This document shows, piece after piece, positions 56,882-64,000 of a stretch of 64,000 nt of DNA. Both the position numbers and the translations under genes were made by a program. The stretch's first letter is position 1. Each line of letters begins with the position of its first letter. Origin of the DNA: a virus; IMG/VR virus record IMGVR_UViG_3300029258_005166, positions 71,445-135,444 of that record; one strand, written 5' to 3'. The notes below the pieces were generated by a model. The model was not told where the DNA came from, ran no database searches, and saw only the letters and a program-made list of their open reading frames with translations.

Positions 56882-56908
56882 AGAGCCCTTCGCTGGGCGA
56901 AGGGCTCT
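56882..56908 (-). terminator. 12-bp triloop hairpin with long U-tail on the minus strand
   Basis: A-run + AGAGCCCTTCGC-TGG-GCGAAGGGCTCT. Confidence 0.85.
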
Positions 56909-56933
56909 CCATGATTTACATCATTGATGATTC

Positions 56934-57551
56934 TTAGCTGTTGCAAACAGAGCGGATACTCAAGACAACTTGAACCTCAACAGGACCGGCAGCACCGGAT
57001 TCACTGTTATCGAACTCAATCAGGCTAAGAGAAAGGTCACCGCTGTTAAAGACCTGTGTACTATCAGCAGGCAGATCCATAATAGCTGTGGTTAGACCAT
57101 TCAGACGCATTCTGATATCTTGGGCAGCATGCTTGTTGGTAACTTGGGCAAAGACCGCATATCCACCAGTGTCGCCTGCGATATCGACTTGATTGTCGGC
57201 GTAGGTAGTGCCAGCGACAACGCTCTCGTCGTAAACCTTCGGGTAGACATTTTCACTTGCAACGTCAGAGTAGATGCTTCCGTCGTCAGTGACAACTTCA
57301 ACAATTGCTTCATCCAGAGGGACTTGCGGGTAAGCAAATCGCTTCCAATAATTGCAATCGGTGAAAGTTTCACCATCAAGCAGAAGGCGGTTAATCAAGT
57401 TCGGGCCCATGACCCATACACCACGCTGCTTACTCGGGTCCATTTGATTGCCAAGACCTTGGCCTGTTACGGCACCAGCACTAGCGGTACTTGGATCTTT
57501 GTCGAGCAAACCTTGTTTGCGGTTGTTAAGTTTAACCTTAAATACACTCAT
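56934..57551 (-). CDS. Putative virion structural protein
   Basis: AAGGAG RBS, own promoter motif and terminator, beta-rich. Confidence 0.55.
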   Translation of the reverse strand: MSVFKVKLNNRKQGLLDKDPSTASAGAVTGQGLGNQMDPSKQRGVWVMGPNLINRLLLDGETFTDCNYWKRFAYPQVPLDEAIVEVVTDDGSIYSDVASENVYPKVYDESVVAGTTYADNQVDIAGDTGGYAVFAQVTNKHAAQDIRMRLNGLTTAIMDLPADSTQVFNSGDLSLSLIEFDNSESGAAGPVEVQVVLSIRSVCNS

Positions 57552-57635
57552 CGCATCTCCTTAAGGATTGAATGTGAATCGATCCTTGTCTTCAGGGATA
57601 TATATACAACAACACACACTTTTAAGGTGAGCAAC

Positions 57636-58301
57636 ATGGAAAACATATTCACAGACCACCCTTTGGATCAGGTGGGAGAAGAACACAAGAAGCTTTTGAC
57701 CCGCCATCCAGCAGAAACCGTTGTTGACAATCGACCCCCATATGCGAAAGGAGAGTTTCTCAAGAAGAAGAAAAATGCACCGGAAGTAATAGCGGCGATG
57801 GCTAGATGTCTTTTGCCGTTGAAATACTACAGTGTGGTTGATCTCGGGTGCAATGCGGGGACCAAATCACCATATTTATCGGCTTGGGGCTGCAAGAGCT
57901 ACCTGGGTTTGGAAAGGATACCAACGGCAATAGATGTGGCGAAGGAACTAAGGGAATGTGGGCTATGTAAGTTTCAGGTCTGCGATATTGCCCTGGACGA
58001 ATGGCCCATATCGGAGGTCGATGTTGTGGCCCTCTTGCATGTTTTTCAGCATTTGCCGTGGAGTTGGAAGCTCAGGGTACTTGAAAAAGCAAAAAAGGTG
58101 CGTCCTAAGGCCATTCTCTTTTGGGACGAAGGCCTACTTGATCTCTCCGAGAAAGAGTGCATTAAAAAGCACAATCCTGCGGTGGTAAAGGTGCCATTTC
58201 CTTTGGGGAAGCTTGATGAAGTCTTGTCTGGATACGAGAGGACAGAAGAAGCTCACCATTTCTGGGTCTACAGAGATGACAGATGCTCCAGAGATTTTTG
58301 A
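57636..58301 (+). CDS. Class I SAM methyltransferase
   Basis: VVDLGCNAG, YLGLE, VFQH; start moved to MENIF. Confidence 0.75.
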   Translation: MENIFTDHPLDQVGEEHKKLLTRHPAETVVDNRPPYAKGEFLKKKKNAPEVIAAMARCLLPLKYYSVVDLGCNAGTKSPYLSAWGCKSYLGLERIPTAIDVAKELRECGLCKFQVCDIALDEWPISEVDVVALLHVFQHLPWSWKLRVLEKAKKVRPKAILFWDEGLLDLSEKECIKKHNPAVVKVPFPLGKLDEVLSGYERTEEAHHFWVYRDDRCSRDF

Positions 58302-58663
58302 AGCTCGGATTCCATCAAAAAACATTCTATTGGGTCGCTGTTCGCGTCATATCGTAAGTCCCGAAAATAACCGAACTTTTTCTTGAGTTTGGGGATTTCC
58401 GATTCCTTGATGATTCTTTCTTCATTTTGAACTAAATAAAACAGATCATCTCGACAACCTATATGAATTTCGATGCCCGGCAACTCTTTTCCAATAAAAG
58501 GCCGCACTGCGACGAGACGAATCAAGTGTTGTTTAAATGGTCCCAGGTAGCAGGCACAGAACTTGTTTTTGACTTTTGCATACTGAGAAAATGGTATCAT
58601 GGCTAAATCCAACAATACATGGAAAAGCAAACAAATCGTAGGTGCCTTTAGTGCTTTTACCAA
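58268..58663 (-). CDS. Hypothetical protein (start uncertain)
   Basis: ORF track; overlaps the alternative + ORF 58599-58841. Confidence 0.4.
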   Translation of the reverse strand: MVKALKAPTICLLFHVLLDLAMIPFSQYAKVKNKFCACYLGPFKQHLIRLVAVRPFIGKELPGIEIHIGCRDDLFYLVQNEERIIKESEIPKLKKKFGYFRDLRYDANSDPIECFLMESELQKSLEHLSSL

Positions 58664-58725
58664 ACAGTTTGGTGAGTTAGACGATCATAGTAGAGTCGTT
58701 TTGGAAATTATTTTGGAGGAATTAC

Positions 58726-59100
58726 ATGGCAGACGAAAGGGCTTACCTGTATTTGGCACGAAGAAACAGACGGGGAGTCAGAGTGCTACTGAGTTTCCCT
58801 GCAAAGGAGAAGATTCACGGGACGAGGATGTCGGATATTAGGATGTTAGGTCTTGATACGAGTCTAGAAAGAGACATTTTGTTGCTTATTTATGACAATA
58901 GAATGCTTTGGGAACCCTGGATTGAAACAGCACTGGGCTATGCTGATTTGGTTCGGTCATTAAGAAGAAGGGGATTTCACAGAATCCCCCACGCAGCGAA
59001 TCCTATATTTGAGGTCAAGTCATGGAGAAGGATGCCAATTACAAGGGCGATTCCTAAGAAGCAAACCATGCTTAAAAGAAGGCCCACTAGGCCCTCTTAA
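58726..59100 (+). CDS. Hypothetical basic protein
   Basis: GGAGG RBS. Confidence 0.6.
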   Translation: MADERAYLYLARRNRRGVRVLLSFPAKEKIHGTRMSDIRMLGLDTSLERDILLLIYDNRMLWEPWIETALGYADLVRSLRRRGFHRIPHAANPIFEVKSWRRMPITRAIPKKQTMLKRRPTRPS

Positions 59101-59380
59101 CGTAATTTCTAGGAATAAAAAATGCTCCCGAAGCTACTTCGATAAGAAAGTTTTTCCCCTCCACAGCCAAAATAGTCCCACCATTTTTGCGGAAGTCAAT
59201 AGCTAGCTGAACCTTTTCTCCCGCATCTACGATCATGTTTTCAACAAGTCGTTTGCTGTTTACTTTCGATTCTACGGCAGTACCCGTCAAATTGAGTTTG
59301 GTTGCTTTGGGTTCTTGGTCTTCTTGATTCTTCATCCATTTTTTGAAGTCATTGAGACTGAAAATGGGTTCATTATCCAT
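59087..59380 (-). CDS. Hypothetical protein
   Basis: GAGG RBS; coupled; FSLNDFKKWM segment. Confidence 0.6.
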   Translation of the reverse strand: MDNEPIFSLNDFKKWMKNQEDQEPKATKLNLTGTAVESKVNSKRLVENMIVDAGEKVQLAIDFRKNGGTILAVEGKNFLIEVASGAFFIPRNYVKRA

Positions 59381-60233
59381 TGTTTTCCTCGGTAAAGAAC
59401 TCAGCCAACTTATCCAACTCTATATATTCAGCATGACTATACTTTATTCCGTTTCCATAGTATCCAATTTTGATTCCCTTCTCTTTCAGCCAATAGAGAA
59501 ACCCATCAACAATTTGTTGTGATGCAATTTGTTGAGGATATGACCAAAGATCATTGTCGAGTTTTACGGCGGCGGCCCGGCGATCTTCAAAAGAGCTATC
59601 GCAACAAAAAAGAAGAAGTCTTCGGACCCCAAAAAGAAAAGCCAGCGAGATAGCTGCACCTATGGGATTTCTACAATCATCAAGATAAGGACGCAGTTTT
59701 GGCATGGCTCCTGAGAAGTGTTTGATGGGCGAAGGCTGATAAAAAAGAACTGAGCCCTTGTACTTCTGAACAAATTTTGGATTTGTTCTTATTGAAGCGA
59801 TGCAATTGGGATAATAGGCATATTCAGTTGGTAGGAATTGGGCACACTCTATGTAAGGGTTGTTGACAACATAGTAAGATATCACTCGTTCAACGACCCC
59901 ATTTTCCCGTATCATTCTCCACTTAGCCAATGCCCCATTCACCGCTATGATCTTAACTTTGTTTGGCAACTTGGCCAGTTCAAACTGTAGTTTTTTGAAA
60001 TTATAGCCATCCGAAACAATAACCATGTCAGAACAATGAACACGATCTGGTTCAAAGGCACCACGCTTGATTTTCAGGTTTTGTAACTCATTATTGAACA
60101 ACATTTTGGATTCGGTATTCGAATACAATTTGTTGATATCATCATACGGACGACCGGGTTCGCAAAAATTGCGGACCCAAACATTTGCATCACTAAGGAG
60201 GTAGTGGTTGTGTTTTCTTTTTTTGATTCTCAT
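59373..60233 (-). CDS. DUF115/MptE-like (Maf-type) Rossmann-fold protein
   Basis: VIVSDG, IIAVNGA, AISLA..FG....L...D pattern. Confidence 0.5.
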   Translation of the reverse strand: MRIKKRKHNHYLLSDANVWVRNFCEPGRPYDDINKLYSNTESKMLFNNELQNLKIKRGAFEPDRVHCSDMVIVSDGYNFKKLQFELAKLPNKVKIIAVNGALAKWRMIRENGVVERVISYYVVNNPYIECAQFLPTEYAYYPNCIASIRTNPKFVQKYKGSVLFYQPSPIKHFSGAMPKLRPYLDDCRNPIGAAISLAFLFGVRRLLLFCCDSSFEDRRAAAVKLDNDLWSYPQQIASQQIVDGFLYWLKEKGIKIGYYGNGIKYSHAEYIELDKLAEFFTEENNG

Positions 60234-62395
60234 TGGGTTGGATTGCAGGGCACCAACTGAAAACAGGGGCCCTCGCCGCTGCTATTCATTAGAGTTTGTT
60301 TGCCAAATTCTATAGGAATTGGGCCACCTTTATAGACCAGCGGGACTTCCAGGTTTTCGGGAACCTCTAATTTAGCAACAATTTCTGATGGTATATCGAC
60401 TTTGATGGAATCCGGGAAACCGGTCACCTTTACTTCCGTTGGCATATCTTCAGCATTTAGCTTGAGTTCTGTCGGAAAATTGCTGGCTGGTTCTAATCGC
60501 AAAGCAGTTGGAATGGCAGTCGCATCAATTGGAATAGCTGCGGGGATTTCGGTAGCCAAAAGATTGATTGTGGTTGGAATTAAATTATCACTGACAAATC
60601 TGATTTCGCTCGGCAGAGGTTCGCCAATCCATTTTGCTTCAATAGTTGGAATTGCTGGAACTTCCAAAGAAATTGAGCTTGGTAAATTGTGAATCAGTTT
60701 TAATTCAGGTATTTCGGGAGCTACTAAGCTGATTTCTGAGGGGATACCAAGATCAAGAATGTTTTCTTTTTTTTGTCGATAGTTTTCTCGATATTTTTGA
60801 GCAGCCTCTTCTTGCGGAGGCTGCATCGAAATCGTGTCATTCAATCCCAATTTTTTGATAACTTCGGTAACAACAGGAGAATGCTGGACTGAATCTGCAT
60901 AAACTGCGAAACTAGGTGTTGGATTGGCACAAACGACTTCTACCGAAATTGTGCAATCACAGCTTATTGTGGGAACTGTTCCCCAAGAAATTTCAATAGA
61001 AGGAATTGTTCCCCAAGAAATTCCAATTTCACTCGGCCAGTTTACAAGAGAGATTTCGCTGCACATGCAGATAAGAGAGATTTCGCTGCACAGGCAGACA
61101 AGAGAGATCTCGCTGGGGTAATTGACCAACGAAATATTATCCGGCCAATTGACCAACGAAATCTCACTACAACAATTAACCATTGAAATTTCGCTTGGGG
61201 CATTGATTAGCGAAATCTCGCTGGAACAGCCCACAATACTAATTTCGCTTGGAATGTCATCAATTACGGTGATGACATTTGGGATATCTTCAACGATTTC
61301 TATTTGAGTTGGTATATCGCCAACGATTTCTATGACGCTTGGTTCGATTGTGATAACGCTTGGTTCGATTGTGATAATGCTTGGAATTTCCGGCTCAATA
61401 ACAATGAGAGTGGGAATTTCAGGCACAATGGTAATTATTGTGGGAATCGGAGGCACTATCTGTATTATGGAAGGAATTTCGATGTTGATGCCGCTAAGAA
61501 TAAAACTAGGAATTTCAATTCCAGGCACAACAATCTGGGGTAATTCTATATCCACATCACAGGAAATCGGTGGAATACTTGGAACTGGAAAAGTTGGAAC
61601 CTCTGGAATTGGAAGCAACCAGTTGGGTGGATCTGCGACGGTTGGGGCCACAGGCCGGTCTGTTGTTCGGGATGTTGGACTTTGGGCGATAGTACAATTT
61701 TCACTCGCTACTCTAACAATGGGATCTACCCTTGTGTTCGGGGGATAGGTGTGTGTGCCCGTTAGTGAAGTTGATGTTTGCCCATCACCAAAATCAAGTT
61801 CAAAGGTGCTGTAGTTTCCAGTAATCTCTATAGCGTATTGATATGTGGTGCCCTCACAGGGATCGGGCTCTGTAACTTCCTTAAAGCTAAAATCGATTTC
61901 GGGGCAAGGGACATCATCTGGGCACGGTGGTTCATCTATCAAGTCTTGGGCACAAGAATCCACCACTGTAAGAAACTGCTCAGTGGCGATTGTGCAATCC
62001 ACGATTTGATTGTGGTGTTCGGCAATAACCATCCCTCGGACCCAGACCCCCTTTTCCTTGCAGGGACAACCAGGAGTGGGTACAGTAGAAGCTTTGTTGA
62101 ATTTAGTAGGTTGGCCTCCCAAGTTTCGGGCACATCTTTTTAGTTTATCGACCTTGCCATATTCGTTTTTTTCTACTGCATCATAGTAAAAAAGCTCGCC
62201 TTCAAGATTTCCAAAACCATTGTCAGCCCATATCTCTGGCTCGTCAGGACCCACCGGATAGATCTCTATTTCTTGGGCCCAGGCTGCATTATCGGCTGCC
62301 AAGCGAGCTTCGCCAGTGTTGTAGACCAAGAACAGGGTATAATTTGAGTCTACTGCTTGGGGGTATACTGGCTGTGGTGGGAAACCGACACTCAT
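60230..62395 (-). CDS. Virion structural protein with PKD-like domain and P/C-S-E-I-S-L repeats
   Basis: LDFGDG...HTY; about 20 tandem 7-11 aa repeats. Confidence 0.65.
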   Translation of the reverse strand: MSVGFPPQPVYPQAVDSNYTLFLVYNTGEARLAADNAAWAQEIEIYPVGPDEPEIWADNGFGNLEGELFYYDAVEKNEYGKVDKLKRCARNLGGQPTKFNKASTVPTPGCPCKEKGVWVRGMVIAEHHNQIVDCTIATEQFLTVVDSCAQDLIDEPPCPDDVPCPEIDFSFKEVTEPDPCEGTTYQYAIEITGNYSTFELDFGDGQTSTSLTGTHTYPPNTRVDPIVRVASENCTIAQSPTSRTTDRPVAPTVADPPNWLLPIPEVPTFPVPSIPPISCDVDIELPQIVVPGIEIPSFILSGINIEIPSIIQIVPPIPTIITIVPEIPTLIVIEPEIPSIITIEPSVITIEPSVIEIVGDIPTQIEIVEDIPNVITVIDDIPSEISIVGCSSEISLINAPSEISMVNCCSEISLVNWPDNISLVNYPSEISLVCLCSEISLICMCSEISLVNWPSEIGISWGTIPSIEISWGTVPTISCDCTISVEVVCANPTPSFAVYADSVQHSPVVTEVIKKLGLNDTISMQPPQEEAAQKYRENYRQKKENILDLGIPSEISLVAPEIPELKLIHNLPSSISLEVPAIPTIEAKWIGEPLPSEIRFVSDNLIPTTINLLATEIPAAIPIDATAIPTALRLEPASNFPTELKLNAEDMPTEVKVTGFPDSIKVDIPSEIVAKLEVPENLEVPLVYKGGPIPIEFGKQTLMNSSGEGPCFQLVPCNPTQ

Positions 62396-62413
62396 GTTTT
62401 TCCTTTTTCCTAT

Positions 62414-64000
62414 TTAGTAGATACCCATTAGGAATTGCGAGCCCGAAGGTCGCACTCCCGCATCATTAAACGTTGCATTGGTGCTGTTGAACTTAATGAA
62501 GGCTCGCGGACTATAGTCGAAACTTAGGTAAGCAATGCTGTCATTATCTGAGGCAGCCAACAGAGTGTTTGAGGTATCGTTGAATCCTGAGACAGTTGTA
62601 TCTTGTAGGGATCTAAATGATACAGATTGTACACTTGGTCCACCGACCTCCCAAACCTCGGAAGTCTCATTATAGGCCAAAATCTCACTAGAATTATTAA
62701 AGAAATACAAGCCATCACTCAAAGTAACCAGTTCGCCTTCTGTTTTCTGAGTTGCTCCGGTCATTTCCTGTAGTCTTGTCATTCCCTGAAATGGCTCTAA
62801 TACAGATCCCAATGTCTTAAAAAAACTATCTATTCGGAAGAACTCGTTGACCGCACTATTCCGCAACAAATACCCTGTCGAATCTTTCCATGTTCCTCGA
62901 TATGTGGCAAAATAGCCATTAGTTGGTACGCCGCCATCGTAAACGGACGGGTGGGTTAGAAGCGTGTCGGCTCCATTTGTGAAATCCGAGGGCGTCAGAG
63001 TAACACGACCGCCACTTAATGTCGAGAGTGAATACGATAGCAGTTCAGGATTAGAGGGATTTGTATTAGGAGCAGCAACATGTTCTTGTGTGCCAAATAC
63101 AAAGAATGCATCATCAGAGGAAATTAAAGCTGTCCAATTCCAAGGCCTTTCTTTTATTGAGGTTTTTGATTCGTAAGTGTCTGCAAAGCCATTGTGTTCT
63201 TTAACGGCAATTTTTTGGTTGGCCACATCACTTCCACCTATAGCCCAGAACAATAAAGCGGTTCCTGATATTCCCGAAGGATCAGTTCCTCGCCTTGTGA
63301 ATGCCGTGTTGCGTGAAAATTCTCTTTTTGCCCTAGCTTCTGCGTCTGGGTCGTAAGGGGGATTCGCTAGATAGTCTAAGAATGAATCGTCTCGATTGAC
63401 AACTACTTCTGTACCGGCTGCTTTAAAAGTCTCGCTTGCTAGTCCGAACTCATATGCCCGTGCAGTGGGACTTTGGTTCATCCACAACCAAAGATTTTCC
63501 TCTTCAACGATATCCATTGTGTTTTCATATGTCGTAATGCGATAAGAGCCAAATTGTGTATCGACCCTGAGGGCGAGATCGTATAAACCTCCAATACCGA
63601 AAGAAGCCTTTGTTGTTCTTTGGTTTTCGTGTTCTAAATCATCGGCAATATTCCATGTGTAGGTTATAATAGGATCGATTGGATCACCACAGTTATCCAA
63701 CAATTCCCCAGCATAGGATCGACCCGGAGTATTGGGATTCTCTCCTTCGGGAATTTGAATCTGAATAAAGGTATCTGTGGGCGAACGAATCACAGGTGGC
63801 GTAGTATAAGGTCCTCCCGAAGGGATTCCAGGAGTAAGATCTTGGGTAGCTTGAGGGTCGTAATCAATAACGGCTACGTCGGGAGCCTCGATTCTAGCAT
63901 CGATGATTTCGGAAAAAACAACTGTGTCTTCACCAAACTGATTGATGACTCTCAATGATACATTATATCTGTTGGGTATTGTGTAGCACTTCTTGATTGA
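62414..64000 (-). CDS. Large virion structural protein (5' end probably outside the window)
   Basis: At least 513 aa, PKD-like YTW..D segment, S/T/G-rich. Confidence 0.55.
   Translation of the reverse strand, partial: SIKKCYTIPNRYNVSLRVINQFGEDTVVFSEIIDARIEAPDVAVIDYDPQATQDLTPGIPSGGPYTTPPVIRSPTDTFIQIQIPEGENPNTPGRSYAGELLDNCGDPIDPIITYTWNIADDLEHENQRTTKASFGIGGLYDLALRVDTQFGSYRITTYENTMDIVEEENLWLWMNQSPTARAYEFGLASETFKAAGTEVVVNRDDSFLDYLANPPYDPDAEARAKREFSRNTAFTRRGTDPSGISGTALLFWAIGGSDVANQKIAVKEHNGFADTYESKTSIKERPWNWTALISSDDAFFVFGTQEHVAAPNTNPSNPELLSYSLSTLSGGRVTLTPSDFTNGADTLLTHPSVYDGGVPTNGYFATYRGTWKDSTGYLLRNSAVNEFFRIDSFFKTLGSVLEPFQGMTRLQEMTGATQKTEGELVTLSDGLYFFNNSSEILAYNETSEVWEVGGPSVQSVSFRSLQDTTVSGFNDTSNTLLAASDNDSIAYLSFDYSPRAFIKFNSTNATFNDAGVRPSGSQFLMGIY

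Noticed and set aside
57120-57635. N-terminal extension of the methyltransferase ORF
   Set aside because: It is the antisense shadow of gene 56934-57551; the real start is probably 57636.
1-64000. Alternative genetic code
   Set aside because: Long conserved genes are open in code 11 and end in TAA, TAG or TGA; only one internal stop was found.
1-64000. CRISPR array, tRNA/rRNA genes, reverse transcriptase or DGR
   Set aside because: No regularly spaced repeats, cloverleaf/T-loop motifs or RT motifs seen by eye; the Cas4-like nuclease is stand-alone. A tRNAscan/Infernal run would be needed to exclude divergent RNAs.

Overview
A 64-kb segment of a large T4-like (myovirus-type, probably jumbo) dsDNA phage genome. 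It holds the head module (large terminase, portal with two inteins, prohead protease, scaffold, major capsid protein), primase, a PD-(D/E)XK nuclease, Dam, thyA/DHFR and four free-standing homing-type endonucleases. It also carries an intein-split volactin-like actin and a large glyco-modification set (glycosyltransferases, four sulfotransferase-fold proteins, RmlC, SAM methyltransferases). One exported protein resembles a family I recall from Planctomycetes, so that host is a tentative inference. Two phage genes not visible in the ORF track are split by decayed TnpB elements and are restored in frame by exact excision. One is an Smr-domain gene split by an 800-bp IS607 derivative. The other is a 147-aa gene split by a nested IS605 composite bounded by two inverted right ends. 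Two IS605 end hairpins carry the same kind of inserted module with tandem G.A pairs, resembling a ssDNA priming signal. Other patterns are ten GC-rich triloop palindromes, two phage-specific promoter motifs 4-5 nt before leaderless ATGs, and about ten proteins with T4 capsid-targeting-like N-termini, including an Acb1-like enzyme. No tRNA, rRNA or CRISPR array was seen. All product calls come from motif recognition by eye, not database searches.
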